A stretch of 64,000 bases of DNA from Iphione sp. A-MEVVRFRX5 (Eukaryota): the NCBI GenBank assembly GCA_976226885.1, contig OZ320316.1, positions 26,040,001-26,104,000 on the forward strand, read 5' to 3'. The position numbers and the translations under genes were made by a program. The notes below the pieces were generated by a model. That model ran no database searches and was not told the DNA's origin. It saw only the letters and a program-made list of their open reading frames with translations. Positions 40,166 to 53,503 of the stretch are shown one piece after another (position 1 is the stretch's first letter; every line of letters starts with the position of its first letter).

Positions 40166-40864
40166 CAGTGCGCTCCCTGCCTGCGGACACGTCTCCAATG
40201 CGGACGCGTCTCCAATGCGGACGATTTGACGCAGAACGAAATCTTTTCCCATACATAACCATTATGACCAGACGTCTCCAATCAGGACAGCTAATTTTAC
40301 AGAGCGTCTCCATGTGGACACCTCCCAGACCCCTCTCAGAAGTCATTTTCAAAGGTTGTTGTGCAAATTTGGGGCCTCCCAGACCCCCTGACACCCTCAA
40401 AGAGTAGGATTTCACACCTATGTATGTGTTGTCGCGCGACTTTGGTGCCCCTGAGAGGCCCAGAAGTCAGTACTTTTTCATCAATGTGTCAATGGCGACC
40501 TCTCTGATGTCTCTCACACCCTGGAGGGACTGTATCTCACACCTCTATTAGTCATCAAATTCAGCATTTTTTGGACTTTAAGTCATCAAATTCAGCACTT
40601 TTTGGACTTTTAGTCATCAAATTCAGCACTTTTTGGACTTCAAGTCATCAAATTCAGCACTTTTTGGACGTTTCAGAGAGTATACACCTGTTACTAGAGA
40701 TGCCTTGTATTTGGTATGTACATATCAGTTGTAGAGAGAGAGGGAGAAAGGGATTTCATTTTCTAGTTAGACCCCCACTGTACCCCGTCTCCAATGCGGA
40801 CGCCTCTCAAATGCGGACGGTTTCGGCCAGAACAGAGGGTGTCCGGAATGGAGAGAGTGTACTG
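40166..40864 (+). mobile_element. Non-autonomous derivative of the Tigger at 4993-7209 (about 700 bp)
   Basis: TA-flanked. Shares 5' CGTCTCCAATGCGGACG...GACGATTTGACGCAGAACGAA and 3' GTAGAGAGAGAGGGAGAAAGGG...TTTTCTAGTTAGACCCCC blocks; no transposase. Four ~30-bp tandem repeats at 40549-40669. Confidence 0.9.
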
Positions 40865-41402
40865 TATATGTAAAGGCAAAGATGTAAAACTCGACTGAAT
40901 GAGATCCTAGGATCCCAAAGATGTTGTAACAGAACTGACCATACGATTCAAGATGCATATGTCGCAACCTATTAGAAGTATCAGAATCTATATGCATTTT
41001 ACAATGGCAAGAACTCCTGTGGGAAAGACGTGTGAGTTGGTCATGGTGCGATTTGGTCGTGGCACGGACCTCCAAGAATCCATTGGAAAGTATCTCCACT
41101 TAAGGGGTTAAGGATTTTTTCAGCATGTGGATGATGGGCAATGTAGTCAGTGTTTACTTTAAGCAATGATTTGTAGACGAAGGCAAGGTCGCTTACTCGC
41201 AATGCTTACCTTAAGCAAGCAACTGAGAATTCAATAGACCTAAATATTTCATAAATGAAGACAGATCTGTTGAGATAATACATCTATGTTGTTACAGCTC
41301 TATTACTGTAAGCTCCCCCTGATTTTCAAGAACTATTCTTATGGCATACCGAATGTGTACACACAAATATTAAGCATTAATTCCTGTTCAAATTCCGTTT
41401 AC

Positions 41403-41601
41403 CTCTAGTTCCTTTAACTGGGAGACTTTACTTGTCCCGTCGTATTGAAGTCGTGACCCCTTTTCAATAGCAGCGTTTGTGCGGTTTATCCAGCAGTCAA
41501 ATTCGCTTAATTTCATATCCAGAGCGGTCGCTCGTTCCATACTATGTTGCATGTTAACTCTGAAACGAATTTTGACATCTTTGTACACCACAGTCAGAGA
41601 A
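41403..41601 (-). CDS. SYNE1: Nesprin-like spectrin-rod exon
   Basis: Phase 2/0, fits exon 45160-45476. SLTVVYKDVK...LSEFDCWINRT. Confidence 0.85.
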
Positions 41602-42779
41602 CTGACACGAACGCAGTAAACATCATAGTATTTATTTTACCGCGGCACATATAAGAGTGTTATATTTAGACAGAGGGAGGTTTTGGTGTGTGGAAAGAGA
41701 TAATCATTACAAACACATTATCACAGATATAGCCCTACTTCCCTTCAGGTAGAGTAGGAACACAGTTCTGAAGTGTCGGCGCATGCACCATATACAGAGG
41801 CCGGGTTTGTTTACTTCCTGCACCTTCAAGTGTTACTACCAGTGCAAGGTGCTTGTCAGATGAATTCAATCAAGTACTACCTTGCAGTCTGGACTTTTTT
41901 TTATTCCACATGAACCACAAAAGCACACACTGATAAGTAAAGCTTGACATCATCACATACATGGCTTCATGAATAAACCATAAAGTAATCCCATTATAAG
42001 TTAGATAATAATGCTCGAATTTTCATGTAACAAAACACCGATCAAAAGGAAATGATGTCAGGATTAACATTATTCACAAAGCTATCATGTGGAAACCTTT
42101 GGAACCATATATCGTGAATGGTAGTGAATTGCAAGTGCATGGTAGCTAAGCTTACCAACATGTGCTAAATTGGTGAAATGTAGATTACATTACATTAAGT
42201 TATGATGTGCATTATATCGTTGATTAAGCACATGTTTAGGACATTCGGGGCATGATGACTAGGAGGCAGAATATCATGACTAGAATGCAGAACATCGCAA
42301 CCACCAGATATAATGACTATAGTTTAGCTACTGTACCAGTAGTCACTTGATATTGTCCATGCAGTACTGTCCCCTGGTATCTTATTCAGTTACTACCATA
42401 CTATGCTCGGCTCCCTCAGTCGGCTGGCCTTTGAATGCTTGATGAGAGTTCGGGTGGAAATTTCTGGACTATGCTGGACACACTGAACCCTGATGGAATT
42501 GGCAAACCAGGGCAACATAGACGATGCCTGCAGAACCAGCCGACTCAGACGTCTAAGCAAACAACTCAACACGCCAATTATCGATGTTCCAGCAGGAATC
42601 TGACCGGCAGACAAGGCCAATCTTATGATCATGATTTATGAAGCGACCTCCTTGACTAACCTTGTGTGATATTTCCCTATCAATTGATCACATTCAGATG
42701 TTTCATTTGGCCAACTCCCCGCTGATATTGCCTCCATACTTAACAGAAAATTTACCTTATTGTTAGACATTTCTGACTG

Positions 42780-43410
42780 CCAAATCATTTGGAATCCCGA
42801 GTACTATTGCCCTTCCAGTTAAATCTGCCTAACTGCCATAAGCTACTAGATGGCTTAATCCCTGACGAGGCACATGTCTTGGAGTTTCTCACCTATTGCT
42901 TCCAGCCGGGAATTGCTGCTGATAGCATCCTCATCCCCACCGATTAACTCCACCCTCTCTTCCAACACTGATGTCCCACATGTAGAGAAGTGCACAGAAC
43001 ATGGACAGAACTTGTCTCTAATGTAATTACAGGCCCATTCACACATGATCCATTCACCATCTACTAAACCATAAGCCCAACCATGACAAGGAGCAAGAAA
43101 CAGTCGTCAGATAGACGCATTATGGTCGACCTGAGTCGCAGCGGAGTTAATCATTTAATCCCCGAGAACAATAACTACACCATGCGCACCACGATTAACG
43201 TCCCGACACCCCAACCCCTTGCCGACCTCATTATGACTTCCCCCTCCCCTTCTATACCTCACGGCCATCGATCTGAGGAGGGTCTATCGTTATTTCCCGA
43301 GCGACTCCCTCGATTGGCTCTCGTTCAAATTCGCCCACGCACGCTATACTGACCTAGAACTCCCATTTCTTGCGCTCGTTTCTCCTCTGTGCTTCTTCAA
43401 ACCCTTCCCA
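42780..43410 (+). pseudogene. Degenerate DIRS-order RT fragment
   Basis: ITGPF..DPF...SPTMTRSKKQSSDRRIMVDLSRSGVNHLIP aligns by eye with LVGPFTSPPF...SPIMSRPKNNSAERRIIVDLSHSGINSYIP of ORF 54954-56672. Confidence 0.8.
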
Positions 43411-44099
43411 GATATTTGTGCCCTCTCCTACCTGCAGCCGGCCTATATACACACTCCAAGACGCTAACCAAGCAGTTTAATAGGCATTCACCTGCATCAT
43501 GAAAAATTCACTCCCTCAACCTCGATCTAATTGCGGATATGGTGGGTTAGGTTCCAAACGGGTAGAGGGGTAGGTCTTTGAAAGCCAGATCTGACGTCGA
43601 TGACATGGAAGATGATGACGGAGAGGGGCAGGTGGGTGACGACGAGATGACGGAGATAATATGATAGATGATAAAGAGGGAAAGTTTAGGACACAATTTA
43701 AGGATGGCGATTGATATCGTCAGTAACTATATCCTTAAACAACTGATCCCTAACCCTTTGCCCGACATTTAAAAAAAAAGTTACAAAGCAATGTTTTGCA
43801 TGTTTTTCTCGCACTGTGTCGTGACTTTACATGAAATGATCGGTGGAATCTCTATGATGACATCGCAAAACTAAAATAAATATTGCACTGTAGCATGTTG
43901 GTTGAAACTCAAGGGATAATTAAGTGACTATAAATGACAGCAGTTACCGGTGGTAGTACACAGAGCTCTCAGTACAATACAAGTTGTGCTTGGCACTTTA
44001 CAGAAGCCAGAGGGTCTGAAGGTGAGTGCTGCAGACTGGCTTGATTGCATTGTCATTATGTAGACAAAGTTTCGAAGTCTGCAGGTGAGTGCCTATATA

Positions 44100-44275
44100 C
44101 AGTGGTCATTAACTGACACTTTTGGTTCCATTATATCTCATTGGATATATGAGTATTGTCAGTTGTGGGAGCAACACTGATTTTTCCACTGATTTTTCAT
44201 ATTTGGTCCCCCCCTGAGTGTGTCAGTCCAGCAGTATATGTCGGTTATCATGTCATTAGATACGGGGGACCACTG
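44100..44275. mobile_element. Tigger/pogo-type MITE
   Basis: TA|CAGTGGTC...GACCACTG|TA. Confidence 0.7.
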
Positions 44276-45159
44276 TATTAGTTCAGTGTGCTATAATGTT
44301 TGTAGTTCACTTATATTATTGTAGACTGTATTTAGCTTTTCTTTGACTGTATGATTTGGTCCCTAAGCTATGATTTCACTTAACCTAAAACCAGGTTCAA
44401 TCATGGTATATAGGTGAAACGTTCTGCAAAGTCTTCTGGACTGAATAGATATTGGTTTGTATATATTTTGTGGTCACTCACATTACGTATTGACATGAAA
44501 AACTCTGTACATCCATGATGGAGATTGTCAATGAAATGTCAATTCAATTCATTTCAATATGTTGGCCTATTGTTATATGTTTGTCATCATATTAAATATG
44601 ACGGGGGGCGGGGAGACGGTGTTCTGAGGCAAGGTCATTAACTGGTTGTTAAGGATTTCCTCATCAGATATGTAGATGAAGACCTGAATAGAACTGGATT
44701 GCCAAAGGTCTTTTTTCAAGGTTTTTGTTTCAAGGGAGTTTGGCATTGCCTGTATCAGTTATATTCCGGAATCCTTTTGAACCATATTATAAATATTAAC
44801 CACAGGTATATGTAAATTATCCATAGTTTACATACTAATGAGGGTAAAATTAAACATGAATGTTTCTTGAGATCCAAAATCTGACAAATACAGTGACATG
44901 TGTATTACTTCACAAAGTAAGTTAACAAATAGATATACTTTGGTTAGTGGACAACGAATTAGTGATAAGAAACATACTAAAAGGTTTTGAAGAAGAATAC
45001 GAATGGATTGCAGACACGTTATCCTAAATATAATGAAGTCTCATACCGCCTTAAAAGTGTATTTGTGGTTTACTTTATATAAACAGAAAGATAACCCATT
45101 CGGTGCACAATACAGTTGAAAATTGCTTGTTGTTGGTGCTATAAAGAACACATACTTAC

Positions 45160-45476
45160 TCAGCATGTATTACGTCTTCGAAGGATGATTTCCATTCATA
45201 CAGTGCCTTTGCTTTCGATTCTGTTGCAAGATTTGATTCTCCCATTGCGTCTAAAATATTCAATCGCTCCAATACCCGGCCGAGCCGATCGTTTCCGTCG
45301 TCAAAGGAACGTCGAAGTTCAGCCATTGCTGACAGCTTTGATGGGGCAGTGTTCATGTCATCGCTGAAACCTGAATATGTCTCGAACCTCTCCCTGACAG
45401 AGCCAAGCCAGATGAGATAGTTTCTGACATGTTCCTCTGTGTCTTCTTTTATTGCCAGAAACGTGCTGTCTTGCGC
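45160..45476 (-). CDS. SYNE1: Nesprin-like spectrin-rod exon
   Basis: ttcttttag|GCG...GA|gtaagt, phase 0/2. EEHVRNYLIWLGSVRERF. Confidence 0.85.
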
Positions 45477-46255
45477 CTAAAAGAAAGCAGCGAAGGTATA
45501 CGTTTGATCAGATATGAACTACAGCTGGTATGACGAAACGTCATATCAGCAAGCTGGCACAATTCTGAATACTACAAACGTGGATCGATCCTATATTCAA
45601 AATATAAACATTTGTGGCCCAATCATTAGCCCAAAGCAGTAAACGCCACAGTATCGAACATTAAGTAGAAGCTGGCGTACAAAGCGCTGGTTCGTGGGCT
45701 TGGTCCCAATTTACTTTCTCTGACTGCAACAGTGTTTCTTAAGATCTAATCAAACTGTAATGTTGCCACATTAATGTCATCACACCCCAAAAAGCATTGT
45801 CACAACAGTAGGTGTAACATGAGCAAACTATTAACTGTGCAAGAACGTTTTGACTTTATCGATGAAAAACGGGTGTGGCGCTAAGGAACGGGCCTCTGCC
45901 ACATCATTGCACACTCAGTTATTTTCAACTACGCTGTTGATAGAGTTCCCGGCTAGAGTTTCAGTGTACCCACTCTGCCACAGGAGAAACGTTATCTTGA
46001 TCAATTACCGTCATTTACCTGAAGTACAAATATATACATTTTGCAAGATTTATCTCTGTGTTAAACCCTGGTATGATCACATAAAGTCTCCGACGTGATT
46101 ATTCCTTGCCCTTGTATTCATCAAAGTGCTCGGGATGATGCGTTGACCTAGTGACGAGGGCCGACATGTACTACGGATGTGATTTGTTAGTTAGGTGCCT
46201 ACATTTGTCTTACTTCCTTTCGTATTTGAGTTCCTGGGCGAATTGATATTATATA

Positions 46256-46433
46256 CAGTGGAACATCTCTACTGCGGACAGCAAAGAGACTGACCAAAAA
46301 GTGTCCATAAAGAGGGATGTCCTTTATATCAGGGTTATTTAAACATGCTCATATAGATTGGGTTCTGTTTCCATCCTGTCCATAATATGAGGTGTCATTT
46401 ATAGAGGGTGTCCTTAGTAGAGCGGTTCCACTC
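46256..46433. mobile_element. Tigger/pogo-type MITE
   Basis: TA|CAGTGGAACATCTCTACT...AGTAGAGCGGTTCCACTC|TA. Confidence 0.78.
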
Positions 46434-46896
46434 TAACTCTAATCTTATCGTTTTGTCACGCAGGCATCGGCCATGGCCCACAGAGATGACTGTAGGCCAT
46501 TTAATTGCAAAGACACTATACAAACCTTATAGGTTCCTCGTGGTCTAACGACGTCCCAGTCCTGTAGTACACACTCTTAATCTGGGGAAGCCACTTGCAG
46601 AGAAGGGGAAGATTACTGTGGTTTTAACTTTGATAGGTCCGTATGGTAAAGTGGATTTCTATTTTACTTTGGTGGAAAACTTACAGTGGAGAATCGTGTA
46701 AGGACCAGATCATAGCCGAGACCAAAACGAGATAGAGGCCACGATGCTTCATAATGTGATTAAACCCTGAGAGGGACCAACATTGTCCTGTCCCAACAAT
46801 GGTCACCTACATGGATCCATCATGTATATGCTGATCAAACCTTAGCTCTGATTTCATGCATGAGTTACCAGTCGTGACGATATGAGGCAGAGTTAC

Positions 46897-47037
46897 CTTT
46901 TGATTTATCCTATACTGATCTTGAACACTGGTGGCGTACATTTCTTCTTCGATTGCAAAAGGACGATGCTTGGCATCAGGGGTCGAAATGATTTTTCGTG
47001 ATCTGTCTCGGCATACGGCGGTTAGCTCGAACAGTTC
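46897..47037 (-). CDS. SYNE1: Nesprin-like exon
   Basis: ccgttttag|GAA...AAG|gtaact; 47 codons, open. Confidence 0.75.
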
Positions 47038-47293
47038 CTAAAACGGTAACGTAAAGATTGAAAGGTCACCCCCTAAAGGATACAGTCGTGACAGACCTTA
47101 TGTTAAACCTACGTCCTTCAAGCGATTTGACCTCTTGACATTATTGTTTTTTGTACACTCTTAAGGTGCATAAGTGCATATATACGTGAATGATACCTGC
47201 TTTGAATACGAGTACATTTATCAATTTAACGTCTAGTGTCGTGAAGTACAATTGTGATAAACATATGTAACCTACTCTAACATAATGTCATAC

Positions 47294-47443
47294 CTGGAGA
47301 CGTGTGTCTAGACCTTGCATTATTTCATCTACTTGGTCGACATCAAAATGACATTGCCCGTCTAACTTCACTGATATGCTCTGAAGAAGTTCGCCCTTAC
47401 TCTCCAGAAAAGGTCGATAATATTCCACTTCCTTGGAGAACTC
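47294..47443 (-). CDS. SYNE1: Nesprin-like spectrin-rod exon
   Basis: ttacttag|GAG...CAG|gtatga. EFSKEVEYYRPFLESKGELLQS. Confidence 0.85.
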
Positions 47444-47702
47444 CTAAGTAAATATGAATATTTTATAATACGGCGGTAAGGTTATCAATAACATATTCTA
47501 TGATAATAGCGAGAGCTTGGGATTTTAGGTTGAAGTATTCTGTTGTATGTCTGAATAAAAGAAGCCATATGATGCGCCTTAACTGACAGCAAATGGCCGA
47601 ATTCAAACCGTACAATGCATTGAATGGACATTTGGCGTAGAATGTTGTGTAGTGTTGAATTGATTGTGGGAATGATAAACTGATTATTTATAAACAACGT
47701 AC

Positions 47703-48026
47703 CTCAACTTTTTGCAAACATTCTTTACTTTTACTAGCATCGCTGAACATCTTATACTCTCCAAATTGGTATTCCCAAGAACGGAGCCATTCTTCTGAAC
47801 TATGAACCTGTTCTTCAAATGTCTTTATTTCAGGGAGTGTTCCAGAGAGGGTGCCTGTCTTTTGATCGATGCATTCGTGTATTGACTCCAGACGTGACTT
47901 CATCATCTTCAAATCGTGTAACATGGTATTTACGTCAACTTCCAAACCGTCTTGGACCAAAGATTGGGCAAGTTCTGAGATGTGCTCGAAATCCCTTTCG
48001 ATTTGGACTTCCTGTTGTAAAGTACC
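47703..48026 (-). CDS. SYNE1: Nesprin-like spectrin-rod exon
   Basis: Phase 0/0. FEHISELAQSLV...FEEQVHSSEEWLRSWE. Confidence 0.88.
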
Positions 48027-48182
48027 CTGGCGTTCGTAAAAAATAGGGTAAATAGTTTTCGTAAGGAATGATTTGCAGACCAACAGTAACTAGAAAAAAC
48101 ACACAGCAAAGATTGACATGCTATACGACGTGTAAAAGTATAAAGAATGTGAAACAACTTATGTTAACATAACTTCTCTTAC

Positions 48183-48500
48183 TGTGAGTCTCTGCAGATG
48201 ATTCTCCACGTTGAACGAACAATAGAAAAGTTTTGAATCAAGAAGCTCCTCAGTTTCCTTAATCCAAACGTAAATTCGGTTCAAGCGCGAATAAAACGCT
48301 TGCTTCTTCTCGTTAGTCGCTCTGAGATTACTTTGGAGTTGCATTGTAGCAGTCACATCTTTCCAACGTCTGTTGATGTGTAATAACTGTTGCTTGATCC
48401 CAGCCGCAATGTCATCCTGAACCACCTCGATTAGAAAGTTGCCACTTTTGTTTAGGATAGCATGTTTTAAATCCCCTTCGCCGATTAACTCATTGATATC
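48183..48500 (-). CDS. SYNE1: Nesprin-like spectrin-rod exon
   Basis: Phase 0/0. GNFLIEVVQDDIAAGIKQQLLHINRRWKDV...LNRIYVWIKETEELL. Confidence 0.9.
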
Positions 48501-49720
48501 CTGAAATGAAACATGAGGCAGCGATGAAGCATATATAAAATAGTGTCATATATGTAAACATACATATGGAAAAAGATGTCAAGTCAGTCCTCAGGTGTAT
48601 GAACAATAGCGATGACCTTTGCTGATACATCAAGATGTCCACACTAAACCAATGACAGTCCTCTGTGAGGGATTTTGGCAGTCTATGGTTCCCAACTCTT
48701 GTATACTTGAAAAGATTGTTTCGCACACGAATGTATTTACATATGGATCGGTTATACTGTGAGAAATGATCTCCAGAATTTGTAATGCAAAATGAGCAAC
48801 ACTTCGTCCTGCAGGTTACTGACAAGAGCTCTATTTTGTTCATCACACAGCTGCATTCATTACACTACACATATAAAACGTTGCCCAAAAGTAGTCTTGC
48901 AATGGACCTGTGCTCTCATGGTGATGTGGTTTTAAAGATATACCTTATTTTTTATACTGATAGGTCTAAGGGGACATTTTAATGAAAGATAGAAGTGATT
49001 ATTCATCTTTTATGTGGTTAAAATGCCTATTACTTAAAACATATGACATATGTGGCCCTGCTTTCTATACACAGTGGAATATTCCTACCCCCTCTGTGCA
49101 GTCAAGCAGAACCGAGGGTTGTAAAAGGCCAGATAAGTCTGTACTTTGACCCCCCCCCCCAGTCTCTGACATCCCACACACACACTCTCACCAACCAGTG
49201 CAGGCGCTGAAGGCGCTTGTTACACTACCTATATAAAACGTTGCCTGAAAGTAGTCCGGCCATGGAGGCTGACATATATGGCCCTCATGGGGAGGACATC
49301 TTATGAGTGTGAGACAGTTTTAAAGTGATATAATTTGCATTCTTTCATATGTTTATGGGAATAAATTTTAAATTTATGGACAACTACATATATTTTCTGT
49401 CAAAAAAAGAGAACACAAAGGAAAACACACAAAAAACATAGCCCTACTTTTTCAGAGCTGAGTAGGAATATCTCTATATTACATAACACACAGCTCCCTG
49501 ATGTACTTTGACCCCTGCCCAGAACCAAGGGTTGTAAACCATGAGGTAGGAGGGGGTGGTATATGAGCGAGGTGGCCAAAGGTGCTTGTATACTAAAAAA
49601 TGGTCTCGGAGTAGGAATGCACTGACACTGACCTATAGCCAGTTTGTGGCGTACCCTTAACCTAAAAAGAAACATAATTCCCATAGGGCTTCTCTTACAG
49701 CAGTAGCATTTATTTAGATC

Positions 49721-49896
49721 CAGTAGAAACCCTATTTAAGAACACCCCTTGGGTCCAACCAAAAGTTATCTTATTAGTGAGTTTGGTCTTAAATAGGTAA
49801 TCATTAATGTAGAAATCAATACTTCTGTTCCCCACTAAATGGTTGTAAATTGAATTTGGTCTTAAATCGATGTGGTCTTAAATAGGGTTTCGACTG
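49721..49896. mobile_element. Tigger/pogo-type MITE
   Basis: CAGTAGAAACCCTATTTAAG / CTTAAATAGGGTTTCGACTG inverted ends (TA flanks not intact); internal sequence similar to 32612-32750. Confidence 0.75.
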
Positions 49897-49972
49897 CACA
49901 TCTTTTCTCTTCAGTTTGTAAAAGTATGCATCGTGATGCAGATCGCATCGTTATTATAATCACTGGGTGTAC

Positions 49973-50178
49973 CTCATTATCGTGGAGTTGTGTGAAAAGG
50001 CCTTGTTCAGCACTCTCCAGCCAGACGGTGAAAATATCTGCACATGAGGAGTATCGCACCCAGTTGACTACCACTTGCTCTAGCATGGTCATCGTGCTAT
50101 TTATTTCCATCTTGATGGCAGCTAACGATGTTGATGCTTCGGTTAAAAAGTCCTCGACCCCATGTTGTAAATCTCCAT
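49973..50178 (-). CDS. SYNE1: Nesprin-like spectrin-rod exon
   Basis: Phase 1/0. TMLEQVVVNWVRYSSCADIFTVWLESAEQ resembles nesprin-1 SMLEEVI.NW.RY...V..L..WLEDAEK. Confidence 0.9.
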
Positions 50179-51393
50179 CTGCAAACAGAAACCAACATAT
50201 AGAAGTCATTACCAACTCACAGTGCAGAACTATATGCCAGTTACTTTAAAGATACATACTTTGCTTAGTATTAGTGCTATTATTACAAGTTCAGTGACTC
50301 ATCACTGGGAGGTTAGGAAAGCTTGATATGTCTTTGATTGCTGGTACTATTAAGACTGTACATTTCATAGCTTAGCGAATGTATTAACTGCCAGGAAGCA
50401 AGGGTTTTGTTTGTGCCAGCAGTCAAAGGAAGTAACCATGGACAATCATTGAAGTTTAATTAGATAATGTAGAAAGTAAAGAGTATTAGGGGAATGACGT
50501 TTTAAAATATATAGCAAAAGGCATATCTTGGTTTTCTATGCACAAATTACCTGGGACGTGACACTATAATATCAAAGGACCTGAGTTAAAATATGTACCC
50601 GGGCAGTGTAGTGAGGCAATTTCTTACGGTGACAGAAAGCTCATACTCCTATACCGATAGGTGGTATGGCGAAATATTGGTGCTTTGCCTTTACATATAC
50701 ATGTATAGGCTGTTAATTCGACCACACGACTATATTCAGCTATCTCTGCATCAATGGACAATGAAAAATATATTCAAATGATTTATACATGGCGAATGAA
50801 ATGAAGCTGAGATGGGACAAGAACAAGCTGAAAATGCTCGTCGGAGTGTCTAACGTTGACATGCAGACAGAGGAAGAGAGAGTATGTGAGTTCAGATGTA
50901 AACCAAAAATAAAGACGTCCAGTATAATGCCATGGTGGAGAAGGTTCATTCATCCCCTAGTCAATGTGGCCTCTTTGAATACACATATTAACAAATATGG
51001 CCTGGGATTGGGGTGGGGGGGTGGGGGTAAGGCTAGTGTTGAACACACACCAGTAATGTTTGTCCGTAACTGCTCCACCACCTCCGTGTTAAATAGCAAC
51101 TACAGCTCTCCCTTTTCCGTGCTACAGAGGTAGCCCGCCTTTATATTAAGGTGGCAAAAACCTTTACAGCTGAGACATCATGCTTCTGCTACATTGAGTT
51201 CCCAGGTAGCTCTCTTTAGTTGAAAAGCCAACTGTTTTCTTCCTCTGGCAGCGATTAAAAGCGGTTTAAATATTCAAGCTTTCATAAATGTATGTTGAAG
51301 AGTGAAGTAAATATCGGAGAGTTTGTCAATTTAGCACTGTTCTTATTTGTTCTGTTAATACAAATAGGACATGGCTGCAGATCTATGTTTCAC

Positions 51394-51490
51394 CTTTTTT
51401 AGATTGCTGTAGGAGTATTTCCGCAGTTCTGGTAAGAATGTTGAAACAGTCGTCGTACTTCTCAACCAGCATTCCATTTTGAATGAATGC
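51394..51490 (-). CDS. SYNE1: Nesprin-like exon
   Basis: Phase 0/1 links both neighbours. AFIQNGMLVEKYDDCFNIL. Confidence 0.83.
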
Positions 51491-51651
51491 CTAAAATTTC
51501 GGAAACGAAACAGTAATGACTTGGGGTAAGAAAGAGGCATATAAATATTGTTGTCACTACAATATTATAATAAAAAGTATATTTAAGAGTTAAACTAAGA
51601 TAATGCAAGTGTTACACACATACAAGTATACGCAATAAGTAAAACACAAAC

Positions 51652-51912
51652 CTTACAGTGATCCAGCACTTTTTCAACCTCCGCTTTCGTCCCATATTTT
51701 GAGGTCCACTCCTCAATCTTTTCAAGACCCTCTTTCATCATTGACAGAAATCGGTGTTTATGCTGTTCATACTCGAGATGGCATGATATAGTTGACATCG
51801 ATTGATGTAAGACTTGTGTCTGACGTAAGGCATCCAATATATTCTCGCAGTTGGACGAGATGTCATGTGGGGATAATCCGTCGAGATTCCTTCTGATAGC
51901 ATTGATGACAAG
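51652..51912 (-). CDS. SYNE1: Nesprin-like exon
   Basis: Phase 0/0. HLEYEQHKHRFLSMMKEGLEKIEEWTSKYG..AEVE. Confidence 0.88.
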
Positions 51913-52127
51913 CTATAAACATCATTTTAGTGATTATAGGCAGGGATGCTGAATATCTTGGTAACAAAATTGGTTTGGAATATCGGTTGAAAGCCTTTGT
52001 TTAAATAAATGAGGATAATTGTAGTAATGTATACATCCCACTAAATAAGAGGAAAGTGAACCAAAACTTTGTTTTCTAAAATAAAAAAAACAAATCGAGA
52101 CATACACTAGATTGAGGCACGATCTAC

Positions 52128-52427
52128 CTTTAGGTCATATACGTCTTTGCCCAACATTTCTAGAGTTAATCCACTCTCGAATTCATCGTGTAGATTAGAG
52201 ATCCGTTGCCCTGCTTCGCCGAGCAAGCTCTCGATGTCATCAATGTTGTCCGTCAAACCTCTGAGAACAGCTCGTTGCCATTGTACTGCGCGAGTGGAAA
52301 CGAAGTTCCACTGTTCTTGGACCGCCTTGAATTTTGTACTTTCCATGGCCCCGAGCCGTACTTGACTTTCCAAAGTGCTGTACAGATTTGCCATCTCACT
52401 GTATTCCCTCTGAAAATGTTCAAATTC
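52128..52427 (-). CDS. SYNE1: Nesprin-like spectrin-rod exon
   Basis: Phase 0/0. VQEQWNFVSTRAVQWQRAVLRGL...IESLLGEA. Confidence 0.9.
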
Positions 52428-53374
52428 CTGAAAGACAGCAAATGTTATTTTTTTAAAGATGTTTATTTACCCTGGATAAATATATAATTGTACTTTTATC
52501 CAGCCGCTGTTTTTTGCTGATTGAATATTATTCTCAGTTCTAACCAGATCACATCTGGAAAAGTTATTCGTTTCATAAGAATTTGAGTGCATCATAGTTG
52601 GCTTTCATGATTAAGATATTTGAGCCTGTTCATCTAGATAATATCCAGTGATAATTGTAAATGTTAAATAATGTGACAGTAGGCTTGATGTATAACTGTG
52701 TTATATTCTTCCTTTATTCTTTCTTTCTTCTCCATGCATGGTTGAGGGTGTGGAATTGTATAAGCAGTTGTATGGCAAATATGATCACATGTTATTACCG
52801 GTTAACTATAACTATATGGCAATTATAATCACATTATATTGCCCCGTTGGGTATAACATGTAACCACTACTGTTACATTATTATTATCAACCACACTACA
52901 TACGATTACATCATAGTAGTACATTTTGCAACATAAAATAATCAAAATATTGTTATTGTTCCATGACACGGCATGTCAGAGGCAATGAACTAGATTATTT
53001 TCTAGTGCCATACTTATCCTCTAGTTGGACTTGTTTGTGCTTTTTCAATACATTAAAGAAACACTACCATGATTGCTTTAGGTTTTGTGTCACATCAATG
53101 AAAAATAAATGTGACACATATAACACAGATTTTGGTTTTGTAAAGTTCGGCTTACAAAACAGGGCTGCCAAAAATATCAATGCATGTGGCACATGATTAT
53201 GTGGGTGGGTGTCTCTATTTGAATGAATAGCAGGTAAGAGTGAATCGGGTGTGTGATTATCCTGATGAGAAGAATGAAATGCGGGTGTCACCGGCAGATT
53301 TCTTGGCAGTCGGTAGCTCTGATAAAGTCGCAGTCGTGTCACATTCTCAGTTGTGTCACATACAAATAACGTAC

Positions 53375-53503
53375 CTGATAGTTCCGTTGATGGTCAACTG
53401 CATTGGAAAATACGTTTTCTAGGTAAGAATTGAAACTGTCCAGCCATAGCGACAGTCTTTCGACTTCTTGTGCCATCTCCGCAGGAAGTTCTCTGGTTGA
53501 TAC
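53375..53503 (-). CDS. SYNE1: Nesprin-like exon
   Basis: gattgcag|GTA...CAG|gtacgt; 43 codons. EVERLSLWLDSFNSYL. Confidence 0.82.

Noticed and set aside
40549-40669. Four ~30-bp direct repeats, CRISPR-like at first sight
   Set aside because: Head-to-tail with no spacers, inside a eukaryotic MITE, no cas genes.
43960-44095. Two plus-strand AG|GTGAGT donor-like sites suggesting a nested antisense gene
   Set aside because: No convincing acceptors, ORF or further exons.
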